Below, one piece after another: positions 27,329 through 39,925 of a stretch of DNA of 64,000 nucleotides. The notes under the pieces were generated by a model. The model was not told where the DNA came from and made no database searches. It saw only the letters and a program-made list of their open reading frames with translations. Every line of letters starts with the position of its first letter. Position 1 is the stretch's first letter. Both the position numbers and the translations under genes were made by a program. Source of the DNA: Amoeboaphelidium protococcarum X5 (taxonomy: Eukaryota > Fungi > Aphelidiomycota); the NCBI GenBank assembly GCA_023515725.1, contig JALDTO010000208.1:661768-725767 (forward strand). Direction: 5' to 3'.

Positions 27329-28035
27329 TAGGCCACCTAAACAAACACTGGTGTTTGCAAACAGTTTAAATTGTATTAGTATTGCATACAAATATTGAGA
27401 GGAGAAAAAGAGTTTGATATTCGTCAAATGTATTCGCCGAACTTTTGCAAACTGATGAGATACAATTATTATAAAGGCCTTTACTCACTCATTTTCGTCT
27501 TGACTGTCACTCGCGTCCTTTATTTTCGGCGTACACATATATTGATACTGAAAACGCCACAATAAGAGTCCTTCGAAAGCATAATAATACTAATAGTCTT
27601 GGGCTTCAATGATATTCACGGAATACGGGGACTAACTAACGTCAATGGGAGCAAGCACACTCCGATGGGACAGAGCTAGCAGGAATTGAAAAGAAACTCC
27701 CGTCATGACACTCAAGGTGGGATATGCTTTATCTTTCGTCAGATTTCCAAATTTTAAAAAATCAGTAAAGCTTAGCATAATTAGCGTAGGAGCATATCTC
27801 TACAACCTATTCTGATGATCTGACACTACTAGACTCTTACTATTGTATAGAGTTAAAGGTTCGAATACAAACAACTGTTTGAACTGAGTTTGTCATAGTT
27901 TGACGCGTACTATTCGTGAATAGTTGCGGTTAGTTTGCGAATAGTATTCAAACAAATATTGATTTCCGAAAAATGAGCTATTATTCGTCAAACAAGTGTT
28001 TAAACGAATACGAATCTGTTTGTTTAGGAGGCCTA
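27329..28035 (-). mobile_element. Non-autonomous hAT-type MITE, copy 2 (707 bp), inverted relative to copy 1
   Basis: Colinear reverse complement of copy 1 with substitutions and indels. TIR TAGGCC(A/T)CCTAAACAAACA. TSD TCGACGAG/CCGACGAG (27321-27328 and 28036-28043). Confidence 0.92.
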
Positions 28036-28165
28036 CCGACGAGATTAAGTATGAAATTGCGATTAAGAATCTGCACCCGTTAGTTGCGAAATCTGCAAAG
28101 ATCGATATAATCAAGCTCATCTACGAGCCTCTTCCTCTATAAGATAATCCCAACGCCGAAAAAAC

Positions 28166-29155
28166 ATGAATTCTCATACATACGACCGGCGCGACACCGT
28201 TGAAGATAATGAAATTCAAGTTATGTTAATTAATTTCATCCAAGACAATCCTCGTTTAGAGGGGAACATTAGGAATATTCTTCGAAAATTTGTCTATCAT
28301 GGCGATGGTTGCACACCAATCTATGGGAGACAGAGTGCTCTGGTACGAAATGTCAATACCAACCTCCTAGAAACTGATGTCGGCAGAGTGTTGCATGCGA
28401 CTCATCTTAATTCATGGATTCGAAATGAAACGGCTAATGGTGTTGAAGACATCTTGCGGATTTATTTTGATCGATTAAATAGACTGATAGTTTCAGCACC
28501 GATCTCACCTCTAAACCCACATTCTGACGGATATGATCAACTTACTGAACATATGAAAAAATTGGGGTTGGAGCAAGGCACATCGAGTACTGGGTCACAA
28601 TCATCCCATAGCGAAGATTAACATGTTAACAATATACATGCAGTGGGCGAATATGAAATGGTAAAATTGAAGACTAATAGTCGCAGATTTGAGGATCGGA
28701 AGAATGAAATTGGGAGTTTAGATAAGTAAATCTCCAAGAGCGCAAACATGTTAGATCCAGAGACGGATAATCAAATTTCTTACATCTACGTTATGAATCA
28801 TAACAACAGATATAAAATAGGGTATGCAATTGATCCCGAGAAACGATACAGAACGTTTCGCACCGCAAACTTGGACATTGAGCTTCTTGTGGCATTTGGG
28901 CTGACTAACAGCCAGGGAGAAAAAGTCCAGAATATAGGAAACGTTGAAAATAGCTTACATCATACCTTTCGGGATCAGTGGATTAGTGGTGAATGGTTTT
29001 CACTGGCGAATCCTGTGCTACAAGTTTACAATGCATTGGCGCTAATGCATCCCAATGTCATTATATCACAACAGAAACGATATACAAAACAAATCAATGA
29101 TGTACAGCCAGCAGAAGATAATGATGAAGTTCAACCTGCTGGTCGTGAAAACTGA
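28166..29155 (+). CDS. T5orf172/MUG113-type GIY-YIG-superfamily nuclease domain protein
   Basis: 329 aa joining track ORFs 28166-28621 and 28748-29155 through two TAA=Gln. SYIYVM..YKIGYAIDPEKRYRTFRTAN..VENSLHHTF..GEWF. Confidence 0.85.
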
Positions 29156-29636
29156 CGATAAGAATGATAGCATACCTTTCCTACTGGGTTTTAATGGTGC
29201 CAATAGATCGTTTCTTTCTTTTATCTTTATCTTTTACTTTTTCGTCTATCAGGCTCATTACCTTCGCGCTCACGTTTTCGTTGGTCTGCACGGTATATTT
29301 CGAGTTGCTTTTTGTCCTAATGAGTTATGAATGTCTTGACTTAAACGCGAAACATTCAGTACTTCCAGCAAATTAAACTTTTGATGCTTGCCCTCTACGC
29401 GGACATATTCAACCCACTTCTTCAACTATGTTAACTTTCAAAGTGAATCCCTGTCCTTTTTCATTTGCTCTAAACATCTTTTATGATCATTTGTTTGCTA
29501 CCAAAAAGTTTGTAAAAATATATAAATGAAGTGAAACAGATAAATATCAAATGTATACACCGTGTGGCTGATGTCTATCATTCAAGGATCAAAAATCAAT
29601 ATGAGTGGCGTCTTGATTGAGGATCATTCGGAAGGA

Positions 29637-29805
29637 GAAAATTCCATAAATCGGGTTCTCTATTTCACTCAATTCGGACTCGAATAAATTCACTTAGCGA
29701 GACAATAAGGACTGATCAGGGCGTCGAGTATGAAATTGCGACTAAAAATCTGCAGCCGTTCTCTGCGAAATCTGAAAAGATCGATCAAATCAAGTTCATC
29801 AACAG
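29637..29805 (+). repeat. Diverged direct repeat of ~27267-27328 plus 28044-28125 (paralogous fragment of the MITE-split ORF)
   Basis: Shared CATAAATCGGGTTCTCTATTT and AGTATGAAATTGCGA..AATCTGCA..GCGAAATCTG.AAAGATCGAT..AATCAAG.TCATC. Translates KFHKSGSLFHSIR...EYEIATKNLQPFSAKSEKIDQIKFI. Confidence 0.8.
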
Positions 29806-29957
29806 AGGCGGCACAGTAGTCATATTTATATCATCATCACTCTGCCGAAAAGTAGTTACCGCTCTTCCCATCATTATTAAAAGCATCGGTAAAGTTAAAT
29901 TTGTACAACTTTAAATTTTTATAATAAGTAAGAGCGATATCAAATTGTCGTAAAATC

Positions 29958-31025
29958 ATGCCTAGTATAGATTCTAGAATGTCTTCATCGTCAAATGGTA
30001 AAGAGAAAGTCTGCCTTATCGGTAGCGGTAACTGGGGATCGGCTATTGCCAAGATTTGCGGTAATAATGTGGTAAAGCATAGCGATATTTTTGATTAGGA
30101 AGTCAAAATGTGGGTGTTCGAAGAGATGGTGGATGGACAAAAGTTGACTGACATTATCAACACCAAGCACGAGAATACAAAGTACCTGCCTGGAATTAAA
30201 CTTCCATCTAATGTTGTCGCTAATCCCGATGTCGTGGACACTTGCCGCGATGCCACAGTGTTGGTATTTGTCATTCCGCATCAGTTTGTGAAGAGCACCT
30301 GCGAGAAGTTGCGCGGTAAGATCAGGCCGGATGCCAAGGCGATCAGCTTGATCAAAGGTGTCGATATCAAGATGGGTGGCCTATCGCTGATCTCCGATGT
30401 CATACGTGAAGAGTTGAACATTGATGTCAGTGCTCTGATGGGCGCCAATATTGCGAGCGAAGTTGCGCAGGAGTAATTTTGTGAGACCACCATTGGTTAT
30501 GCCAATTTGGAGAATGGTAAACTGCTGGCCAAGCTGTTCCACACCTCGTACTTTCACGTGAGAATAGTTGATGATCATGCATCGGTTGAGTTGTGTGGTG
30601 CGTTAAAGAATGTCGTTGGTATCGCTGCTGGTCTTGTCGATGGCTTGAAGTTGGGTGACAACACCAAGGCTGCCATTATACGAATTGGTTTATAGGAGAT
30701 GAGGAGATTCTGTAAACACTTTTACAATGGCAAGGATGAGACCTTCTTTGAGAGTTGCGGTGTGGCTGATCTAATCACCACCTGCTATGGTGGTCGTAAT
30801 AGAAAAGTGGCAGAGGCACACGTGGTGACTGGTAAGTCATTTGAAGAGCTGGAGAAGGAGATGCTGAATGGTTAGAAATTGCAAGGCACTTCCACCGCTC
30901 TGGAGGTACATGAAGTTTTGAAGAACTAGAATCTGGTGCAAAAGTATCCGCTCTTCACCGCCGTCTACCGTATCGTGTATGAGAAGTATGCGCCTAGTCA
31001 CATCATTGAAATTGACTCTCAGTGA
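29958..31025 (+). CDS. GPD1: NAD-dependent glycerol-3-phosphate dehydrogenase
   Basis: [36 protein letters not shown] and NGQKLQG (first Q is TAG at 30873). Confidence 0.97.
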
Positions 31026-31311
31026 GTCAGTCCGAGTTGACTGCGTTTTATACATGACTGACATTGAGTAAACAGAATAGACAAGCTGGCTTTTGATATT
31101 AAGTAGGATCTTCTATTATTTATATATTTTTAGTCTTGTTACGCGACAGCTTTTTTAATTGCTCGTACCAATTATTGTGCTTGACAATACCGCAAAGTTT
31201 CAGTGAAGGCCTTTCAATCAGAGAAACATTTCCAGCGGTAAACTTCACTTTCATTGACCACTTTATTATAGTATTACAGCAAATCATTTAAGAAATATAG
31301 TGAGCGAAACT

Positions 31312-33795
31312 ATGAGATTTACGTATGTTATAGATGATTCATGGTCTATGGGATTGGAGTTCAAAATGTCTGATAATATAAAGTCTCAGTATGGAGCGAA
31401 ACCTTTCAGCAGGTTGGACATGGCAAAGAGTGCGGTGGAGTATTGCTATCAGCTGGCATAGAAGAGGAAGATGATTTCGCACATGCTGTTTACTCATGAA
31501 CCTGTTGCTCTGTTATCGGACCAAGATAAAGAATCTACAGACGGTCCGAGTGGTGGTAGTAGCGATTAACGCGACAATAATAGCGATCCACTTAATCGTT
31601 CTGATCGAGGCGAGTCTCCACCTCCCCCTGGTAAGCAGGGTAGCAGTAATAATAATAATAGTAATGGATCAAAAGCTGATTTTGTACAAGCAATCAAGGC
31701 AGTTTAACTATCGCGCTAGTCTGTACCACATGCGCATATATTTTAGCGTATAATGCAATCGCTTCATCTTCTGGATGCTCAGTATCACCTGTTTCCTCTG
31801 ACTCATGGTATATATCCGCGAGTGCATATGCCCAACAACATTATTTACTTTACAACGCTTAGTCAGCTGCGTGTCTCTTCCACTACCGCGTCCTCAAGTT
31901 CAGATTAGTAATAAACGAGTGGTGGTAGCGAGTTCATCGTCCCTGGTCTAACTGCAGCTGGTAGCGAGTTTTACCTTCAGCCATTCCGAATGGGCTAAAG
32001 ACTATTTGTAGTGGTGCTGGTGGATGCTGCCGTCATTAATGAAATCTCTCTTGACAAGTTGACTCCATTTTAGTCTATATACTGGCTCCATAAGATGTCT
32101 TCCGTAATGGGAGGTGAGACTTTCTTGTGTAGCACCTTGGAAGATACATATAGAGTGGTGGAGAAGATTATGGGTGGCGTGCATAGACCTCAGTTCTTGC
32201 CGTATGCGCCTGATCAGTACGAGGATGGATTTAAAGTACTTGGATCTTCAGCCCACGCTACCACTACTACTCCTCTGCCCGTATTTCCTACCTGTGTCGC
32301 AGTTAACGTTAGAGTGGACGATTTTTCGGCAAATGATGGCTCTGCGAGGGAGTATGAATAGTCAATTTATCTACAGATAGATCCTGTGGATTATGGATTA
32401 TTTGGCTATTTATCGTAATGTGGTAGTGGCAGTAATAGCAATTCCACGTCATCTACTGATCAGTTGAAAAGGTTTGATCAGGTATGGGAGTAGTATGCTA
32501 AACACATTGGCTTCTGGCCCATGCCGGAGATGATTCTGTAGTCTGGTGCATTGGGCTTTATACGCAAGTCAAGTTAAATTGCCTTTTCATGTATTGTGAC
32601 AAGTGCTTAGCCTACTGATTCATAGGATCCAAGCGCTGCTTAGAATATTTTAAATCAAGATTGGACTGCACATATTCCTGATGGACTGAATGTTAGCAGG
32701 TACCCATTGATTGGTGATAGTGAATTGGCGTCTATGCTAATTAATCATCCATAAAAGGAGACCTTTAGCGTTCTATGTCTTGCTTAGACACCGTTGCCTT
32801 AGAATATGGCTCCTGACTTGAAACCCTTTGGATTCATCAAGGTGAACATGTCGAGTAGCCAAGTTGAACTTTGGGTTTTACCGTGGGATTTTCCAGTGTT
32901 ATTTGATCTGCTGCATGGATTAGAGTTGTTAGATTACCGACCTGATGATTAGTGGGTGCAGTCATTCCAGACTTATTTGAGTACCATGCCTGATTGTTAC
33001 ATGCGGCCATTGAAATATAACCTCAAGATGATGAAGCCCGATATGCCGGTTGATATTTTTAAACTTGCTGGCGGTAGTGGGAGCGTGTAAAATCCGACTC
33101 GTAGTCAATAATCATAAAGTACAAGTTTGATTTGGTATTAGCAGCAACTATTGACCAAGAAGTAGCGAGATAAGGTCAGTATTAGTACTCCGATCTAGAA
33201 TTTCCGGTCTTTGATTTTGAAGGTTCGTCTGAAAGCTGCTGAGGATTTGAATGCATTTAAAGAGTAGCTCAACAAGTCGCTGTCGATTAATCCCACTGGA
33301 TATGAAGATAAAATGTCTGTGGAAGATATCGCTCGTCGTTTCAGAGATGATTCTAAAGGTAGAGGCATAGATTTCTACTCTAATCATTATGACAGAGATC
33401 CACTCAAGCTTGACTTTGCTCTGTACAAAGCTATATGTGGTAATGACTTGAATGTTCAGTATAGACCGCAGAACCAATCGAAAGTTTTAAACGCTCTGCC
33501 TCATCATGATCGTACCATATGCCAGATTGCTATGTAAAATGGATTCACCCCGTCGGTTATTGCGTAATCTCGTGTACAAATCAAACATCCTCAACCGCGG
33601 CCTTCTCAGACATACCGGCATAAAATTAAGAAACTGCGGTTCATCAGTGAAGAGGACGAGTTGAGAGACAAGCTTACCGCGTACGGTAATCCATTCAGGC
33701 GGATTTCTATTAGAGATTTGCAAGACTATGAGTCAGTCAATGGAGAAGACGGTGAGGATGGCGATGCTGATTTAGATCCGAGTACACTTAATTGA
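31312..33795 (+). CDS. INTS6: Integrator complex subunit 6-like (VWA)
   Basis: 827 aa. YVIDDSWSM..RLDMAKSAVE, QPFRMGQRLF (cf. EPFRWDQRLF), GFWPMPE, KPFGFIK, VLPWDFPVLFDLL, YLSTMP and AYGNPF, all in INTS6 order. Confidence 0.82.
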
Positions 33796-34027
33796 GGCTC
33801 TCTTGAATACCAATTATTGTCGCTCTTTTTAGATGAATATAAAAAAGAATATATGCATTATCGAAGATTTTTTAGGCCAGCTCTCTCCATTCAATCATAA
33901 GCTTTCTTTGCAGTTTCTCGCTTACGGCTTTTCCGCTCTCGTTCTCTCTCTCTCACAACTATTTTACTGGGCGGAAAAGACTAGTTGATTATACTCACAC
34001 ACCTTCATACTCAATTATACTTCCAAT

Positions 34028-36367
34028 ATGGGCCTAAAATATGATTATGATGATAGCGGATATTATTTCAACTTCTTTCTGTTGGCAGTGGGAATTCTGG
34101 GACTGATTGTACAGACTCTGCAGTTCTAAAGTTAACGCCGCGCAGAGAGCGATGCAGCATAGGCAGATTAAAACTCTGCTGTGATTACCAGCGAGGAAGT
34201 GTCCCGTTAAAAGTAGACCGATTTGAAGGTGCTAATGTCAAAAAGGAGGAAGGCCAAGGTGGGATGGTTGTTCTCGCTGACTGCGGTATTCTGCATCTTC
34301 ATGGTATATCGCATATTTACTACTGAGCTATCTGTGGATGAGGCGAATTAGAAGCCGTTCGATCCGTATGAGATTCTTGGCGTCCCCGTTGGTTCTGACA
34401 TGGACACTATAAAGAAGTTGTACAAGTAGCTGTCTTTGCAATACCATCCGGATAAGGTGCCTGAGGAGAAGCGAGAGGAAGCCGCCGAGACTTTCATCCA
34501 GATCAGTAAAGCGTACAAGACCTTGACTGATGAGACTACTCGTAAGAATTGGGAAGAGTGGGGTCACCCTGATGGTCGATAGTCTATCTCCTTCTCGTAT
34601 GGAATAGCGCTACCTGCGTGGATGGTTAGTCCATCTGGGGAGATTTACGTGCTGATAGTGTATGCTCTCATGTTCGGTCTTGGTCTACCGCTGCTGGTGA
34701 ACAAGTGGTGGTCGCATTCGAAGAGCTACTCCAGAGAGGGCATATTGAATATGACCATGTCCGTGATGTTCTAGGAGATGAAGGAGCAGGATGTGAGCTT
34801 TAAGCGTCTTATCGAGATTCTGTGCTGTGCTGTCGAGTTTAAAGAATTCGTCCCGTGGAGAGGTGAGTAAGATATGGAAGCCGTCATGAAGGTGTTTAAT
34901 CTCGTCCGTGATAAGGTTAAGGATAAGACTGGAGATAAGTTGGAGTTGCCAATCAAGTATAATGCTCCTTACGTTTATAAAGCGTACGTTCTAGTTTATG
35001 CTCATTTATTTAGATTAATGCCAGAGGTGAGGAAGCAGTATCCTGAGTTGTATGCTGATGCTTCGTACATTATTCCAAAGATGAGACACTTGTGCTAGAA
35101 GGGTGTTAGTTAAATTGCATCTGCTTCTTTCTGGTTATGGCAAGGTGTAATGTCTATGAGATTTACGCGTATGTTGGTCCAAGCTTCTACTGGTGGCGGA
35201 AATGGTTCTCCGTATGGTCTTCCCGTGCCTAATGTCAATGGAAGATCTACATCTTACTGGATGCATATGGAGGCGAATGAACTTCATCAGTTGCCACATT
35301 TTGATGCAGAAAAGATCAAGGCTTTGAAGAATCATAAAAAGACAAAGAATGTGAAAACTATTGCAGATTTGTTTAAAATCCCACTACCATAACGTTTGGA
35401 TATCTTCAAGACTGTGCTTGGTATCGACGTGTCGTCTGATGAGGGCAGAAGGATAGTTAATGACATCCTGACCGTGGGGAGAGCGATCCCATATATTGAG
35501 CTAGTTGATGCCAGCTATGAGTGTGTGGGAGAACGTGATATCACTCCTGGGTGTCTGGTGACATTTAGCGCCACTGTCAAAGCTGTCAACTTTATCGGAG
35601 ATGGACAGGAGATTGATGAAGCACAAGTTCCATCCGATCTTGGCACTGAGTGGAAGCAATTTGTTGATCATCGACAGGTGGAAAAGATGGATTTGAAAGC
35701 GATTAGTGAGGATGACAATAAGGATGAAGATTAGAAGAGATCCGAGAAGATGGTCAAGATTTTGAGTGGCAACTTGATGGACAACAGTAATGCCCCGGCT
35801 TATTCGCCATACTATCCAGTTCCATAGACTGCACAGTTCACGAAAGAGGCTCAGCAGGATGATTATGTTCACGAGCAAGTACGTCCATCTTATTGCATGT
35901 GGCTTTGTAACCCGCGTAATAACAGAATTGTCGGACCTCCTGTGCCTATCCTAGATCTATCTCCAATCTCGTACAATCAAGACAAGTTGATCGGTGCTGA
36001 TGTGAAGAGTAGTCCTGGTAGATAGACTGTGAAGTTTAGATTCTATGCACCACAACAGGTTGGCGCGTTCTCATTCCAGTGTGTGGTTGAGGGTGATTGT
36101 TATACCGGCCACTCGCTAATGTAAGAAGCCGTGATGAAAGTGGTGGAGGTGAATAAAGAGGAGGAGATGGTGCGCAAAAGAGAAAATGAAAAGATGTGGA
36201 AAGAGTTTGAACAAGATGAGGAAGAGTATCGTGCAATGATCAGCGGAGGATCGTAGAGTCTGCTGGGTGCCCCATCTTCCCAGTTGAATGGTGGCGGTGA
36301 TGGGTCGGCAGATTCTGATGATACCGATACATCATCTGATGAAGACGACGATTCTGACAGTGATTGA
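34028..36367 (+). CDS. SEC63: ER translocon J-protein Sec63
   Basis: KYDYDDSG N-terminus, three TMs, J-domain [27 protein letters not shown], Brl domain, acidic tail. Confidence 0.95.
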
Positions 36368-36486
36368 TTGAAATGTACTCCATCTCGATGAAAGTTACAC
36401 AATACACTTATTACGATAATACATTAAGTATAATGATAAATGTTTTTTTTTCATATATCGAAAATTAAAGCACTGAATAATCAGTT

Positions 36487-37263
36487 TCATTAAACTTGTT
36501 TCTTGAGCCATTGGGCAAAATCACAGACTTCTTCATCGCAAGAGCTGTGCCCCATACCTCTGTAAGTATGGAACTCTGACTGGGTGAACCCAAACTTTTA
36601 TTTCAAAAGCTCTGAACTCTAATAACCATACGGATAATGAACAACAACATCAGAGTCACCATGCGCGATAAATACTGGAACTGTTGACGCTCCACCAGTC
36701 TGAGTATCCTTCTACTTTGATCCCCACTACGGCAATAGATGACCCGGTACAGGCATGTAAGAACTCAGAATTACCGCTGCATCAATCTTCACCTCATTAA
36801 ATGACTTCAGCAGTGTATAATACGTAACAGCACCGCCTTGAGAGAATCCCCCAAGAATAAGCTTTGCATTAGGATTAGCTTAACGTTCCTGCTGGATCAA
36901 ATTCAAAATTCTCTGCCGAGATCTCTCCAATCCATTCATATCTTCACGCGCATTCTCCGCCTTGAGTGAAGATTCATCATCATTTCTAGAATCGTCACCA
37001 GCATTGTGATGATAGGATTACAGCGGTCCACGAATATCGTACCATGACGGCATAGAGTAGCCACCATTGATAGTGACAGGATGAGAGTCGGCATGAGGGA
37101 ATATGAACTTGGTGTTCACGAATGCCGGCTGCAGCGAACGACCCAACTCGGACCAGCCATGACCAGAATCTCCGAGTCCATGAAGAAATATTAGAGTAGA
37201 CTTGTGCTATTACAACGGAGCCAGTGTGATCATTTGACGCAACTGAGACATTATTCGATTCAT
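36487..37263 (-). CDS. Acyl-protein thioesterase / lysophospholipase
   Basis: [24 protein letters not shown] and YRGMGHSSC motifs. Ends TAA TGA. Start could be 37251. Confidence 0.92.
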
Positions 37264-37651
37264 AAAATAATACTTGAGAGCTATTTATTTTGAACACTTC
37301 TCTTAAAGAACGAAACGAAAGGAATGATCATTACTATTCTTAGAATCGATCAAGTGGTTTTATCATTATCTACGATATTTGCGTAACACGATACCATCCC
37401 TTCGAGATACTCTCTAATAACAATAAATAAGTACAGTCTAAAAAAGAGCTTCCTTATTATACGCTATTCAAAAAGTCAACAGCTTCATCACAACTCTCAC
37501 CCGTTTCGGTCAAACTTTTCGTTTCTCAAACAACAACGCCGAAAACTGTTTTACTTTCTCTTCCTGTTGACAATATCTGATTCTTAAGTTTTAAACTTTG
37601 TATCGGTAATCAGTTGACATATAAGTAATTTTTTATCATCTCTGAGATAGT

Positions 37652-39925
37652 ATGTCGTATTAAACTACAAATAATGTCTCTATTGCGGCGAATGAAGTGT
37701 TTGGTGCTTTGAAGGAGAAGGCTCAGCTGGCATCTGTATTCTTCACTGATGTGGAACGTTCCATTGTCAAGGCTACGAATCGAGACCTGGTGGTGCCAAA
37801 GTAGAAGCATGTGGCTGTTATGCTGTCTTGTACCTATGATTCTAGTACTAATATTGCTCAGTTATTCAAGATTCTGGCCTAGCGTATTAAAGGTGAGAAG
37901 AATTGGATTGTTGCCTTCAAGAGTTTGTTGTGTATCCATTACTTTCTGCGTGATGGAAATAGTTAGAAAGTTCTGGCCTATCTGACCAGAGACAGTCTGG
38001 GTATTCTCAACTTGAGTGGATTCAGAGATAATGCTAGTGGTGGACAGGGAATGGAACAGTCTAGGAATTTGAAAGGTTACGCTGCCTATCTGGAGGAGCG
38101 GGTTGCTGCTGCTAGAGATCTAGGCAAGGATTATCTGCGGTAGAACGATGTTGAATATGGACATAATAGAAGGTATAGCTCTGAGGATGCTTATGGCGTT
38201 GGTGGAAGTACCAGTAGAGGTGGTGGTTAGAATTAGACGAGTAGCAAGCCGAATTCTCTTGTTGATAGAAAGTTTCCGGATAACAAGAAGACTATATAAG
38301 ATTTGCTTAGAGTTTTGGAGTCTCTAACTACAGCTAAGCCTTACACTGACTCTATAAATAATGAGATTACCGATGAGGCTTTCAAGTTGATGACTGCAGA
38401 TCTGACTGTGCTTTTCGTGCTGCTGAATGAGGCTGTTGTTGAATTGTTGAAATAGTTCTTCACCTTGGAGAAGGCGGATGCTGTCAGTGCTCTGGAGATT
38501 TATGAAAAGTTTGCCACTCTCACCGAGGCTTGCCTGGAATGGTTCAGTGTGGCAAAGAGGATTCAGATTGGTCAAGTACCTGACATTACTCATGCTCCAC
38601 TCTCCTTGGCTAAGACTCTGCGTGAGTATATAACATCTCCAGATTTTGAGTAGAATAGATTGGATAGAATTTAGAAGTAGAATTCCGCTAATAAGGGTAA
38701 TAACAAGTCTAGTGATTAATAGTTGACCAAGAGTCGATCTGGAATTGTTGATGTGTTTTCAGCCAATGCCGGTAATAATGTTATCTCTAAGAATAGTGCT
38801 CAGTTATAATCCAATGCTCAGCCTGAAGTTGATCTATTTGCTATTGCTACTGCTGCTCCTAATGGCTTATCTCCATCTCCGTCTTAGTAGCTTTAGTCGA
38901 GTGGTGCAGTCAATGCAGGTATATCTAGAAATCAATCTACTGATCTATTTGGATTTTCACCCAATAATTAGTAGCCGCAATAATAATAATTATAATATTA
39001 ACCGTAACAATCGTAGTAAATGATGCAAGATGGCCGTGCGGTAGCGATTCGTAATCCGCAGTAAGCTGTTGCTCCTGTTGGTCGTATTAGTGAACTATAA
39101 GATTTGTTTGGTGCTCCATAAGGTGCTGTTGCAATGTAAAGTAGTGGCAGTAATAATTAGTTGTCCAATTTTTAGTTGCAATAACAGCAAAGCTCTGCCA
39201 GTTTTGCATCTTCAACTGTCGGTCCACTTCCTACATAAGGTAATCCCAACTATGGCAGATATCCACTGTCTGGCAATCAATCTGTACAGCAAGGATCATA
39301 TTCTGCTCCCCAAATGATGGCGATGCAGAATCAACAATATCCTTAGTAATCTTAGACGATGGAAAGAGGATCAAGTAGCAATTCTCATTTACCGAACATG
39401 TCGTAGAATCAGTAGCTATAATTTTAGTAATCTTAGCAGATGAGCAGACAGTCTTCATCCATGTTTACCCAAGGTGGCCCGTAGTATGGTGGTTAGATGG
39501 TTCAGCCAGGTATGTCGGCTCCTGGCCAAATGAGACCGCAAGCTCCATTTTCTGCGTCTATGCCAATGATGGGGTCATAGTATTAATCTCAACCGTAGTA
39601 ATAGTAATTTAATGGAAGTGGTCCTGCATTAAATCAGTAATAAGGCGGTCAATTTGGACAGTAAGGACCGAATTATATTGCTGTTAACAATCCAGGCTTT
39701 CCCGGTGGCTTTCCTGGTGGGCCACAATCTTAATAGTAATTTGGAATGAATTAGTTTGGCGGTTAGTAGAATTAAAACGCGTAAATGTTTACTGCGCCTA
39801 ATAGTCAGCGACAGTGGTAATAACAACCTTAACAGTCAAACTACAACAATCCTTTTGGTTCAGCGCAAGGTAATGGTATGGGCCAGTAGTAGCGTCCAAG
39901 CGTGAATAATGACTCTTTAATCTGA
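37652..39925 (+). CDS. ANTH-domain clathrin adaptor (AP180/PICALM/Yap180 family)
   Basis: IVKATNRDLVVPKQKHV, NWIVAFKSL..IHY, FFTLEKADAVSALEIY. Long Gln/Asn-rich tail with DLF and NPF motifs. Confidence 0.92.

Larger units (their letters stand above)
26361..28169 (+). pseudogene. Unknown ORF interrupted by both MITEs
   Basis: Removing each MITE plus one TSD gives one open frame: ...LIVILND|HEQRVISIQ...EKLHKSGSLFYSIRIIMNIDE|IKYEIAIKNLHPLVAKSAKIDIIKLIYEP...AEKT*. No start codon after the TGA at 26358. Confidence 0.6.

Noticed and set aside
26427-28035. TA target duplication (Tc1/mariner) reading of the MITEs, or a CRISPR-like reading of their internal repeats
   Set aside because: The TA belongs to the TIR, since 8-bp TSDs lie outside it in both copies. 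Internal repeats are irregular subterminal motifs without a repeat-spacer period.
29571-29957. In-frame upstream ATG giving GPD1 a 129-aa extension
   Set aside because: With only one stop codon long open frames arise by chance. The region overlaps the duplicated fragment and AT-rich promoter-like DNA, and homology begins at 29958.
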